The notes under the pieces were generated by a model. The model saw only the letters and a list, made by a program, of their open reading frames with translations, did no database searches and had not been told where the DNA came from. Positions 21,589 through 31,126 of a stretch of DNA of 64,000 nt are shown piece after piece. Position numbers and translations under genes: made by a program. Position 1 is the first letter of the stretch. Every line of letters begins with the position of its first letter. Origin of the DNA: Synechococcales cyanobacterium bin2.concoct.b11b12b14.033 (GTDB taxonomy: Bacteria > Cyanobacteriota > Vampirovibrionia > Caenarcaniphilales > Caenarcanaceae); NCBI GenBank assembly GCA_013298875.1, contig JAAFJH010000001.1:7030-71029 (forward strand), written 5' to 3'.

Positions 21589-24500
21589 ATTTAAATGTTT
21601 TTATCCAAAGGCCGATTCTGGCTTCGGTTTGTTCATTTTTATTTTTATTGGGAGGGTTAATCTGCATTCCAAATTTGCCTTTGGCTCAGTATCCAGACAT
21701 TGCCCCACCCCAAATTAGAGTACAGGCTACTTATTTAGGAGCAAATGCAGATACTGTTGAATCAGCCGTTACAACTCCGCTCGAAAAAGAGATTAATGGA
21801 GCTGAAGGTGTGCAATATATTACTTCAACCAGCACGGATAATGGCTCTTCACAAATTAGCGTTGTAATAGACCGATCACGAAATTTGGATGATGCCATTA
21901 TTGATATTCAAAACCGTATAAAAAAGGCTGAGCCACGTTTACCCCAAGAGGTCAGACAAAGTGGTGTTCAAGTTAATAAATTCTCGCCCGAAATTCTTAT
22001 GGTAGTGGCTTTTTATGCTGAAAATAGAGCTTATGATAATTATTTTATTAGCAATTATGTCGATCGTTACGTTGTTGAAAGCCTGAAAAGACTGAAAGGA
22101 GTCGGAGATATTCGTCTTTTTGGTGAAAGAAAATATGCTATGCGTTTGTGGCTTGATAATAATAAATTAGCGGCTTTAAGTTTAAGTGCTGGTGATGTAG
22201 TAAAGGCTTTGCAAGAGCAAAATATACAAGTAGCGGCCGGTCAAATTGGGCAAATGCCAGCACCTGAAGGGCAAGCGATACAATTACCAATTAAAACCCA
22301 AGGCAGGCTTCAAACAGTTGAAGAATTTGAAAATATTATTTTAAAGCGTAGTCCTAGTGGAGCTTTAATTCATTTTAAAGATATTGGCCGTGTGGAGCTG
22401 GGAGCTGAAGATTATAGTACTCTTTTACGCTTTAATGGTGATGAAAAAGCGGTTGGCATGGTCGTCAATCAATTACCTGGTTCTAATGCAATTGAAGTTG
22501 ACAAAAATTTAAAAATTGCCCTTAAAGAATTGGAAGCTAAATTTCCGCCAGGACTGCATTATAAATTGGGTTTAAATCCGACTGAATTTGTCAAAAAGTC
22601 AATTGATGAAGTTATTCACACTTTAATTGAAGCAATTTTACTAGTAGTTTTGGTGATTTTTATTTTCCTGCAAAATTGGCGTAGTGTTTTAATTCCAGTC
22701 ATTACGGTGCCAATTTCTTTGATTGGGACTTTCATTTTTGTCAAGGCTTTTGGATTTTCGATTAATACTTTAACTTTGTTTGGGCTAACTTTGGCTACTG
22801 GACTGGTGGTGGATGATGCCATTGTCGTTTTGGAAAATATTGAAAGATTAATTAATGAAAAGAAAATGTCTTCTTTTGAAGCGGCAACTGAATCGATGAA
22901 AGAAATTAGCGGGGCAGTTATGGCAATTTCTTTAGTTTTAATGGCAGTTTTTATTCCCGTTTCCTTTTTGGAAGGTGCAACTGGTCAGCTTTACCGGCAA
23001 TTTGCTTTAACTATTGCTTTTTCAATTGCGATTTCAACTTTTAATGCTTTAACTCTCACACCAGCTCTTTCGGTAATTTTACTCAGAAATCATGCAGCCG
23101 AAAGCCATAAGCAAAAGAATAAAGTTTTTCAGTTTTTTGATTCAGTGATTGATGGCTCAAAATATTGGTATGCAAAGTATTTAAGTTTTGTACTCAGAGC
23201 CAAAGGAATAGTTGTAATTATTTTTATAATTTGCTCTTTAGCTTCAATTCTTCTATTACAAATTTTGCCTAAAAGCTTTGTTGCTTCGGACGATAGAGGT
23301 TATTTGATTGTTAGTGTACAGTCTCCAAGTGGCAGTTCAATTGAAGTTACTAAAGAAGTTATGAAAAAAGCTGAAAAAATTATCGGTAAACAAGAAGAGG
23401 TTTTAGGTATTTTCTCAATTGTTGGTTTTAGCTTTTTGGGTTCAGGGCCAAGCAAAGGGACTATTTTTGTGCCATTGAAAAACCTCGAAGATCGAATTGG
23501 TAAAGGACATTCATCTGAGATAGTTTTAGGGCGTTTGCGAGGAGCTTTGGGTGGAATTTCCGAGGGTATAATTGTTGGTTTTCCGCCAGCTCCTTTGCCA
23601 GGCTTAGGGAATTTCGGTGGTTTTCAATATGAGCTTAAGGCCGAAGGTTCTAATATCGATCTTGACACTTTAGCTGGCACAGCTGCTGACTTGGTAAAAC
23701 AAGGAAATCAGACCAAAGGCTTAGTCGGTTTATTTACGGGTTTTACTACTAATGATCCTCGCCTGGTGGTAGAAATTAACCGTGAAAAAGCCAAATCCTT
23801 GAATGTAAACTTAAAAGATATTTTTGATACTTTACAAATTTATTTAGGCTCTCAGTATGTTAATGATTTTGAAATTATGAATAGAATTTACCGGGTTTAT
23901 GTGCAAGCTGATCAGCAGTTCAGAGCCAATCCTGAAGATATTACTAATGCTTATGTTCGCTCTTTAGATGGCCAAATGATTTCTTTGAATAATTTTTTAA
24001 CGGTTAAAGAAGAAACTGGGGCACAAAATATTTCGCATTTTAATCTTTTTAGATCAGTTGAAATTAATGGCTCCGCCGCACCTGGTTTTAGCTCGGGGCA
24101 AGCTTTAGACAACTTAAAAAACTTATCCGAAAGGATTTTGCCAAAAGGTTTTAGTTATGAATGGGGAGGATTGGCACGGGAAGAGGTAAAGGCTGGTTCT
24201 CAGGCCATTTGGGTTTTTGTTTTTGGTTTTATATTTGTATTTTTGATTTTAGCCGCTCTGTACGAAAGTTTAATCGATCCAATTATTATTTTACTTTCGG
24301 TACCCTTGGCCATTTTTGGCGGCCTTTTAGCTCAATATTTAAGGGGTTTACAAAATGATGTTTTTTGCCAGATTGGACTTTTAATGCTGATTGGACTAGC
24401 TAGTAAAAATGCAATTTTAATTGTCGAATTTGCCAATCAACTATACAAACACAAAAATAATAGCCCATTACGTGCAGTAATTAAAGCTGCTAGAACTCGC

Positions 24501-24701
24501 TATCGACCAATTATTATGACTTCCTTGGCTTTCATTTTTGGAATTTGGCCTTTAGTAGTAGCTCAGGGAGCTGGAGAAAATAGCCGTCATTCTTTAGGTA
24601 CTGTCGTTTTGGGTGGAATGATTGCAGCGACCGTTTTAAGTTTATTTGTGGTGCCAATTATTTACTTATTTGTGGTAAAAAAGCCAACACAAAGAAATTA
24701 A
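21585..24701 (+). CDS. RND multidrug efflux permease (AcrB/HAE1 family)
   Basis: 1038 aa; 12-TM RND architecture, conserved TM4 motif ...GLVVDDAIVVLENIER..., two large periplasmic loops. Confidence 0.95.
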   Translation: MNLNVFIQRPILASVCSFLFLLGGLICIPNLPLAQYPDIAPPQIRVQATYLGANADTVESAVTTPLEKEINGAEGVQYITSTSTDNGSSQISVVIDRSRNLDDAIIDIQNRIKKAEPRLPQEVRQSGVQVNKFSPEILMVVAFYAENRAYDNYFISNYVDRYVVESLKRLKGVGDIRLFGERKYAMRLWLDNNKLAALSLSAGDVVKALQEQNIQVAAGQIGQMPAPEGQAIQLPIKTQGRLQTVEEFENIILKRSPSGALIHFKDIGRVELGAEDYSTLLRFNGDEKAVGMVVNQLPGSNAIEVDKNLKIALKELEAKFPPGLHYKLGLNPTEFVKKSIDEVIHTLIEAILLVVLVIFIFLQNWRSVLIPVITVPISLIGTFIFVKAFGFSINTLTLFGLTLATGLVVDDAIVVLENIERLINEKKMSSFEAATESMKEISGAVMAISLVLMAVFIPVSFLEGATGQLYRQFALTIAFSIAISTFNALTLTPALSVILLRNHAAESHKQKNKVFQFFDSVIDGSKYWYAKYLSFVLRAKGIVVIIFIICSLASILLLQILPKSFVASDDRGYLIVSVQSPSGSSIEVTKEVMKKAEKIIGKQEEVLGIFSIVGFSFLGSGPSKGTIFVPLKNLEDRIGKGHSSEIVLGRLRGALGGISEGIIVGFPPAPLPGLGNFGGFQYELKAEGSNIDLDTLAGTAADLVKQGNQTKGLVGLFTGFTTNDPRLVVEINREKAKSLNVNLKDIFDTLQIYLGSQYVNDFEIMNRIYRVYVQADQQFRANPEDITNAYVRSLDGQMISLNNFLTVKEETGAQNISHFNLFRSVEINGSAAPGFSSGQALDNLKNLSERILPKGFSYEWGGLAREEVKAGSQAIWVFVFGFIFVFLILAALYESLIDPIIILLSVPLAIFGGLLAQYLRGLQNDVFCQIGLLMLIGLASKNAILIVEFANQLYKHKNNSPLRAVIKAARTRYRPIIMTSLAFIFGIWPLVVAQGAGENSRHSLGTVVLGGMIAATVLSLFVVPIIYLFVVKKPTQRN

Positions 24702-25846
24702 GTAGTCGGTAAATCGATTAAAGTGGCAATTTCTTTATCCATTAATTTATCAACTTCAGCCACTGGCTCGGCTCCAGATAAATCCGTTAAAATAATACGA
24801 CTAGATCTCATCCGAAAGTTAATTCTTTTTAATTCTCTTTCAATTTGTCTAATTCTTATTTGGCTTAAAAATTTTGATTCCGGAGTATTAAGATTTAAAG
24901 CGGCCGCTGCTTCATTTTTGGCTTCTTGCAATTCATTATAAGCTAGGGCTGCATCCGTTCTTTCTTGTTTGTATAAATGATATTGCTGACGCACTCTTTC
25001 TGCCACTTGGTCAATCATCATAAACATAATAACCATTTCTGTTTGACTTAACTGCATATGGTCGCTGTTTTTTTTAGCTTTTCCATTAATCAAATCACTG
25101 GCTAAACCAGCACCCACATAACTTGATAAAGAAGAAATATCAGTTGGAGCAACGGTTTGCAAAGCATAAAAAGGTAAGAAAATAGCGGTATTTAAAATTT
25201 GGCTTAAAACTTGATTTTTCTTTTGGTTTTTATCTTCGGGCGTTAATTTTTGAACAATGAAGCGAATAGTTTTATTTCTTTCGAGGGTTGCTCTCCACAA
25301 AATAGTTAATTGTTCCTGCTCAGTACGGGTTAAAGCATAATCAATTAAAGCTTGCTCGTCTTTATTAAGTTCAACTGAAGGCTGAATAAAATTAATAATA
25401 TCTAAGTTTTTTTTACCTTGTTCTTTACTTTCATCGGTAATTTTTTTTAATTCACTTTTCTCTTTTTCTTTTTCAGTTTTTTGGTCAGTTTTTGGTTCTT
25501 CAGAAGTATTATTTTTTTTATCATCTATTTCGATAGGCTTACTAATATCTTTATCGGCTTTAGTTTGTTTTTCAGGTATTGGTTTGCTTTTCAGCTTTGA
25601 TGATTTTTTCTTTTTAAATTCAGTCTTTTTTACTTCTTTAGTTTTAGGAATGGAATCATTAGTTTTTGCGGTCTCAGAAATTGTTGCTGGCTCAGATTCT
25701 TGCTTAGCCTTAATTGTATTTTGTCCTGATTTATCAGCGGTTGATTTTTCAGCTTCTTCTTCCCAAAATGTCTTACAATCAGCTTGGAAAGATAGAATTA
25801 TTAGTAAAGAAAAAATACAACATGTCAATAATAATTTTTTTTTCAT
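24698..25846 (-). CDS. Hypothetical secreted Lys/Glu-rich coiled-coil protein
   Basis: 382 aa; signal peptide, about 130 aa of K/E/T low complexity, C-terminal helical domain; stop overlaps the acrB-like stop convergently (4 nt). Confidence 0.4.
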   Translation of the reverse strand: MKKKLLLTCCIFSLLIILSFQADCKTFWEEEAEKSTADKSGQNTIKAKQESEPATISETAKTNDSIPKTKEVKKTEFKKKKSSKLKSKPIPEKQTKADKDISKPIEIDDKKNNTSEEPKTDQKTEKEKEKSELKKITDESKEQGKKNLDIINFIQPSVELNKDEQALIDYALTRTEQEQLTILWRATLERNKTIRFIVQKLTPEDKNQKKNQVLSQILNTAIFLPFYALQTVAPTDISSLSSYVGAGLASDLINGKAKKNSDHMQLSQTEMVIMFMMIDQVAERVRQQYHLYKQERTDAALAYNELQEAKNEAAAALNLNTPESKFLSQIRIRQIERELKRINFRMRSSRIILTDLSGAEPVAEVDKLMDKEIATLIDLPTT

Positions 25847-26005
25847 GGTGAATTGATAAACCGAAAACTTAAAAGTTAATATTAAGAATTCATTGTTTCA
25901 TACATATAGTTGATTAAGCTATATGAATTGCCTAATAGAAAGCTGAAAAATTGTTTACAAAAGTTGGTAAAACAAATATAGTTATTAAAACGGCTTTAAA
26001 TACCA

Positions 26006-27049
26006 ATGCCAAATATGAGCAACAAAATATTGAATTTACCAGAACGGGAAAAAATACAACGCATTTCAGCTTTAATTCGTTATGCAGAAGAAAAATTAGC
26101 CAGAAAATTTCCCATTTTAAAAAAGCAGAATTTATTAGGAGCTTTAATTCTATTTACTTCTTGTTTTTGTTTTTTACTTAATTGTTATTTGTATATTCAA
26201 GGCATAATGCCCGCTTGGCTTTGTTTTATATTAAATGCTTTTTGTACTTCCTTTTTACATGAGCTTGAACATGATTTAATTCATAATTTATATTTTGGCA
26301 CCCGACCAATAATCCAAAATGCCTTCATGACTATTATTTGGATATTCAGAGGAAATTTAATTAGTCCTTGGTATCGTAAAATGATTCATATGTTGCATCA
26401 CCGTGAAGCTGGCCAAACAAGTGATATTGAAGAAAGATTAATTGGAAATGGTATGAAATATGGTGTGAAAAGGTTAATTACTATGTTTGATACCGCTTTA
26501 GGTTGGATTAATTTTAGTGAGTTAAAACAACAAATTCCGCAATTCAGCCTCAAGCAAATTTGGGGAGCTACTTTTCCGATATTTATTATTTTCAATGCTA
26601 TTTGGTTTAGTTTTTTAACTCATGAGGGCTGGAAAATTGTTAATTTAATTCACACCGTTGTGCCGCCTTTCCCTGAATGGTATATCGCGATAGTTAATAC
26701 TTTAATGGTTGTTTATGTTGGACCAAATATTTTAAGACAGGGCTGTTTATCTTTCGTCTCTTCCAATTGCCACTATTACGGAGATATTAAAAAAGCGGAT
26801 ATTTTAAAGCAAACTCAAGTTCTACAGCCATGGTATTTATTTCCGTTTCAGTTATTTTGTTTTAATTTTGGTGGAACTCATGCTATACATCATTTTGTAA
26901 TCGATCAGCCTTTTTATCTCCGACAATTTATTTCTCCTTTAGCTCATGCGGCGATGAAGAAATATGGCGTTAGATTTAATGATATTGCAACTTTTCTGCG
27001 TAATAATCGTTATTATGATTCATCATCTGGCATTGCATTGTCGTCGTAG
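26006..27049 (+). CDS. Membrane fatty-acid desaturase/hydroxylase-family protein
   Basis: 347 aa; three His boxes (HELEHDLIH, HMLHHRE, HAIHHF) in the HX3-4H / HX2HH / HX2HH arrangement with intervening TM helices. Confidence 0.65.
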   Translation: MPNMSNKILNLPEREKIQRISALIRYAEEKLARKFPILKKQNLLGALILFTSCFCFLLNCYLYIQGIMPAWLCFILNAFCTSFLHELEHDLIHNLYFGTRPIIQNAFMTIIWIFRGNLISPWYRKMIHMLHHREAGQTSDIEERLIGNGMKYGVKRLITMFDTALGWINFSELKQQIPQFSLKQIWGATFPIFIIFNAIWFSFLTHEGWKIVNLIHTVVPPFPEWYIAIVNTLMVVYVGPNILRQGCLSFVSSNCHYYGDIKKADILKQTQVLQPWYLFPFQLFCFNFGGTHAIHHFVIDQPFYLRQFISPLAHAAMKKYGVRFNDIATFLRNNRYYDSSSGIALSS

Positions 27050-27064
27050 TCTTAAAAAATTAAT

Positions 27065-28348
27065 ATGCAAGAAATATTTAAAATTGGTTTATTAGGCTGC
27101 GGAAATATTGGAGAGGCTGTGGCTCATGAGTTAATTGCAGGTAAAATTCCAAGCTTAAAATTTAAGAAGGCTTTTGTTAAAGACCTAAATAAAAAAAGAA
27201 ATATTCCAACTAATTTTTTAACTGATAAAGCGGACGATATATTAAATGACCCCGAAATAAATTTAATCATTGAAGTTTTAGGGGGCGAAGAGCCGGCTTT
27301 GGAATTGGTAATTAAGGCTTTAGAAAATAAAAAACACTTAGTAACCGCCAATAAAGAGTTAATTGCTAAGCATGGACCACAAATTTTTGAAGCCGCTTAT
27401 AAAAATGGCGTGCAAGTTCGATTAGACGCAACCGTTGGCGGCGGAATACCAATTATTAACACAATACTTGATAGCTTAAAAGCGAATGAAATTAATGAAG
27501 TTGTGGGGATTTTAAATGGTACAACTAATTATATTTTGACCCAAATGAAAAGAGGCCATAGTTTTGAGCAAGCTTTAAAAGAAGCACAAGAAAAAGGCTA
27601 TGCAGAACCTGATCCAACGAATGACTTGGAAGGAATTGACGCAAAATATAAAATTGCTATTTTGGCTTCTTTGGCTTTTGGAAATTATATTTCCCCCGAT
27701 CAAGTTTTTTGCCAAGGAATTAAAGGTATTTCGGTCTTAGACTTTAATTTAGCTAAAGAATTAGGCTTTTCGATTAAATTATTAGGAATTGCCAAAAAGT
27801 TTGCTCAAGATCAGATTAAAGTAAAAGTTTATCCGTGTTTAATACCATCCAAAAAACCCTTAGCCCGCATTGACGATGTTTTAAATGCAATTTTGGTAAG
27901 AGGTAATTTAATTCAAGAACTTTTATTAGTGGGGTCAGGAGCAGGAGCTAAACCAACAAGTAGTGCTATATTAGGCGATGTTTTGTCTATTCAAAAATTA
28001 ACAGATTCGTTAAAGTCGGTGATGCCTTATAAAATAAACTCATCCATAACACCAAATAATGGCTTTGAACAAAATTATCGTTTTTATGTCAGGCTAATGG
28101 TCGATGATCAAGTAGGTGTAATCAGGGATTTGGGCAATATTTTAGCTCAAAATAATATTAGCCTTGAATCAATCTCTCAAAAAGCCTATAATGATGAAAA
28201 TATTGAGAATAATAATCAAACAGAAGAAGCTATTTTAACTTTTTTAACCCATGAAGTTTCAGAGAATAACTTTGAATTGGCTTTAAAACAGGTAAGAACT
28301 TTAAAACCAATCCGAGAAGTTGCTTGTATTTTAAGGGTTTTTGAATAG
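27065..28348 (+). CDS. hom: Homoserine dehydrogenase with C-terminal ACT domain
   Basis: 427 aa; N-terminal Rossmann GLLGCGNIGEAV, catalytic-domain blocks (GGGIPII, AKYKIAILASLAFG), C-terminal ACT-like region. Confidence 0.9.
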   Translation: MQEIFKIGLLGCGNIGEAVAHELIAGKIPSLKFKKAFVKDLNKKRNIPTNFLTDKADDILNDPEINLIIEVLGGEEPALELVIKALENKKHLVTANKELIAKHGPQIFEAAYKNGVQVRLDATVGGGIPIINTILDSLKANEINEVVGILNGTTNYILTQMKRGHSFEQALKEAQEKGYAEPDPTNDLEGIDAKYKIAILASLAFGNYISPDQVFCQGIKGISVLDFNLAKELGFSIKLLGIAKKFAQDQIKVKVYPCLIPSKKPLARIDDVLNAILVRGNLIQELLLVGSGAGAKPTSSAILGDVLSIQKLTDSLKSVMPYKINSSITPNNGFEQNYRFYVRLMVDDQVGVIRDLGNILAQNNISLESISQKAYNDENIENNNQTEEAILTFLTHEVSENNFELALKQVRTLKPIREVACILRVFE

Positions 28349-28414
28349 TTAGTGGTTTTGTGTTAGGATTATTAGCTCTTTTTAAATATAAATTCTCATT
28401 TTAAACTTAAGATA

Positions 28415-28633
28415 ATGGCTGTACCAAAGAAAAGAAAATCAAAACAGAAATCCAGACAAGGCAAGGCTGGAAGAGCTAAATTACAAATTTTAAAAGCCAC
28501 TCCTTGTCCAAATTGTGGCGGGCCTAAAATTTCCCATCAAATATGCGGTACCTGCGGCTATTATAATGGGCGAATTTATGATTTCAAGAAAAAAGTTGTT
28601 AGCGACGAAATAGCCCCCGAGCAAGCTGCTTAA
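28415..28633 (+). CDS. rpmF: 50S ribosomal protein L32 (zinc-ribbon form)
   Basis: 72 aa; MAVPKKRKSKQKSRQ N-terminus typical of bL32 plus CPNCG...CGTCG C4 ribbon. Confidence 0.85.
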   Translation: MAVPKKRKSKQKSRQGKAGRAKLQILKATPCPNCGGPKISHQICGTCGYYNGRIYDFKKKVVSDEIAPEQAA

Positions 28634-28650
28634 ATAATTGGCTTGAAACT

Positions 28651-28980
28651 ATGAAATTTTTAGACCCAACCAATGATTTAGCATTTAAGAAAATATTTGG
28701 GAATATTAAGAAAAAAATATTCTCATTAGTTTTTTGAATGCAATTTTAGGCTTTGAAAATGAAAGAGCAATTATTGATGTTGAAATTGTAAATCCTTAGC
28801 AAACCCCAAAATTGAAAAGTTAAAAGAAACAATCTCTTGATATTCAAGCAATGAATGCTAAAAATGAAATAGAAACCGCTCAGAACGAAGGTTTTAATAA
28901 AGGCTTTAACGAAGGAATTGAAAAGGGCTGAAAAAAGGAGTAGAAAAAGCTCCACCTGAAGGATAAATCAGCCATAGCTT
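28651..28980 (+). pseudogene. Degraded Rpn/YhgA-like PD-(D/E)XK 'putative transposase' remnant
   Basis: Frame fragments MKFLDPTNDLAFKKIFGNIKKK..., ...NAILGFENERAIIDVEIVNP*, ...NEGFNKGFNEGIEKG* reproduce the N-terminal DPxNDxAFKKIFG and C-terminal GIEKG-repeat signatures of this family. They are broken by stops and frameshifts and represent about 110 of about 300 codons. Confidence 0.55.
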
Positions 28981-29209
28981 CTCGTCTTTTCTTTTTCAAT
29001 CTCCCGTTATTGCTAGACAGGGGAAAAGTTTTATGAAACCAATTATCAATAATTTACAATAAAAACCAAGACTCAAATATTGATGTAAAGTTTGTCTGAG
29101 TTAAATTTCATATCTCTGCAGCTTTGATTTTGGGTATTTAACCTGTAAGCAGACATTTATTAAGTGAATAACTATAAAATTGAATAACTAAAATAAAAGT
29201 TAATAAAAA

Positions 29210-30685
29210 ATGTTTGAATCAGGTTTAAGATTAAGAATTCCCCCTAGCCCAACTGGCTCACTACACTTAGGAACAGCTCGCACAGCTTTATATAATTGGT
29301 TATTAGCTAAAAGATTTAAAGGTACTTTTGTTTTTAGATTAGAAGACACTGACCGTGAAAGAAGTAAAAGTGAATTTGTAACCGATATAATTGAAGGTTT
29401 TAAATGGCTGGGAATTGATTGGAATGAAGGCCCATTAAGGCAAAGTGAGCATAAAGCTAGACATCAAATGGTCGTTAATCAACTTTTGGAAAATAATTTA
29501 GCTTATGAGTGTTTTTGTTCATCTGAAGAATTAGAGCAAATAAGAATCTCGCAAAGAGCTTTGAATAAAGTGGAAGGTTATGATAATCGGCACCGAAATT
29601 TAACTAAACAAGAAAAAGACAATTTTAGAGCCGAAGGACGTAAACCGGTTATTCGTTTTAAATTACTTAATAAAGCCGAAATCACCTGGACAGATTTGGT
29701 GCGTGGAAAAATGAGCGTTAATGCTTCTGATTTGGGCGGAGACCCGGTAATTGCAAAAGATAATGGCGATGTTTTATATAATTTTGCGGTTGTGGTCGAT
29801 GATCATGATTCAGCGATTAATTGCGTTATTAGAGGTGAAGATCATTTGCATAATACAGCCAAGCAAATACCAATTTATGAAGCTATGCAGTGGGAAATAC
29901 CCCAATTTGCCCATGTGCCTTTAATTTTAACTGCCAATCGTGAAAAGCTTTCCAAGCGGAAACATGGTGATATTGCCAGTATTAGTAATTATCTAAAAGC
30001 CGGTTATTTACCGGAAGCCATTAATAATTATTTAATTGCGATGAGTTGGCAATTCCCGTCAGATGACCATAAAGAAGTTTTTAGCAAAGAAGAAGCCGTT
30101 TTGCATTTTGATTTAAAAGATTTAAGTAAAAGTGCGGCCATTTACGATCCTTTGAAGTTAAATTGGTTTTGCAAAGAGCATTTTCAAAGATTGTCTGCTG
30201 AAGAAGTTTTAACTAGAGCCAAAACCGGAGGATTTTTAGAAGCCTTAAATAATTTAAAAGAATACTCGCCAGATGAGCAATTGAAAATAATTTCTTTGAT
30301 GAAAGATGGTTTGATCAAACTTAATGATTTGTCTAATCCAGCTTCAGCTGCTAACTTATTAGTATTTTGCCAAGCACCGAATTTGCAAGATTTAAAAGAA
30401 GAAGCTGAAAACTGCCTGCGTGAGCCAGAAGCTAAAATTGTTTTAAGTGAATTAAATAATTTATTGGAAACTTTGGCAGATTTAAACCCCGAAATTGTAC
30501 AAAAATTATTAGCGGATTTGGCGGCAAAAACTGGTTTAAAAAAAGGTAAAAAATTATTCTGGCCGATTAGAGTAGTGATTTCAGGGAATATACACGGAGC
30601 AGATTTGGTGGCTTTATTGAGTATTTTAAATAAAAACCGTCTTCAAGAGAGAGTAAAAGAAGCTTTAAAATATTTGGAAATGTGA
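29210..30685 (+). CDS. gltX: Glutamate--tRNA ligase
   Basis: 491 aa; class I HIGH-region PSPTGSLHLGTARTALYNW, KMSKS-equivalent KLSKRK, GluRS anticodon-binding C-terminus. Confidence 0.95.
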   Translation: MFESGLRLRIPPSPTGSLHLGTARTALYNWLLAKRFKGTFVFRLEDTDRERSKSEFVTDIIEGFKWLGIDWNEGPLRQSEHKARHQMVVNQLLENNLAYECFCSSEELEQIRISQRALNKVEGYDNRHRNLTKQEKDNFRAEGRKPVIRFKLLNKAEITWTDLVRGKMSVNASDLGGDPVIAKDNGDVLYNFAVVVDDHDSAINCVIRGEDHLHNTAKQIPIYEAMQWEIPQFAHVPLILTANREKLSKRKHGDIASISNYLKAGYLPEAINNYLIAMSWQFPSDDHKEVFSKEEAVLHFDLKDLSKSAAIYDPLKLNWFCKEHFQRLSAEEVLTRAKTGGFLEALNNLKEYSPDEQLKIISLMKDGLIKLNDLSNPASAANLLVFCQAPNLQDLKEEAENCLREPEAKIVLSELNNLLETLADLNPEIVQKLLADLAAKTGLKKGKKLFWPIRVVISGNIHGADLVALLSILNKNRLQERVKEALKYLEM

Positions 30686-31110
30686 AAATAGAATTTGTAA
30701 ATTACCTTTCAGAGTCATATTATGAAATTTTAAAACTCAGAAGAGAAATTTTACGTAAACCTTTATGCTTTGACTATACTGATTCACAGCTTTTAGAGGA
30801 GAAAGACGATTTATTTTTGGCTTATTATTTGAATGATAAAATTGTGGGCTGCTTGCTTTTAAGGCTTTTAAACCAAAATGAATTAAAAGTTAGACAAATA
30901 GCAGTAGATTTTAATATTCCGGGCAAGGGAATTGGCTAGGCTTTAATGAAATTTGTGGAAAATTATGCTAAAGAAAATGGCTTTTCCAAAATTAGCCTGC
31001 ACACTCGGGAAACGGCCATACCTTTTTATTTAAAACTTAATTATCAAATATTGGGTAATAAGTTTTATGAAATCAATTTTCCTCACCAGAAAATGTTTAA
31101 AGAAATTTAA
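30682..31110 (+). pseudogene. GNAT-family N-acetyltransferase interrupted by a single in-frame TAG (30937-30939)
   Basis: ATG overlaps the gltX stop (ATGTGA). Translation reads ...VRQIAVDFNIPGKGIG*ALMKFVENYAKENGFSKISLHTRETAIPFYLKLNYQILG.... This is a GNAT motif A (R/Q-x-x-G-x-G) with the stop sitting exactly where the residue before ALM belongs. The frame stays open to the TAA at 31110 (142 codons total). Confidence 0.6.
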
Positions 31111-31126
31111 AGGTGAGTTGGATAAT

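Noticed and set aside
18474-24701. MarR-TolC-MFP-RND operon as something unusual
   Set aside because: Gene order and the 4-nt overlapping junctions are the standard arrangement for tripartite RND efflux systems.
25820-25846. A9 homopolymer at codons 2-4 of the secreted K/E-rich gene (ATGAAAAAAAAATTA) as a possible phase-variation tract
   Set aside because: A/T runs of 8-9 nt occur repeatedly in this AT-rich window inside ordinary genes (for example in pstS), so this is expected by composition.
25951-26181. 76-aa ORF upstream of and overlapping the desaturase start
   Set aside because: Different frame from the desaturase whose own ATG (26006) is followed immediately by conserved sequence; no motif.
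28746-28955. 69-aa minus-strand ORF in the rpmF-gltX spacer
   Set aside because: Lies antisense to the Rpn-family pseudogene fragments. Hydrophobic low-complexity translation is typical of AT-rich noise.
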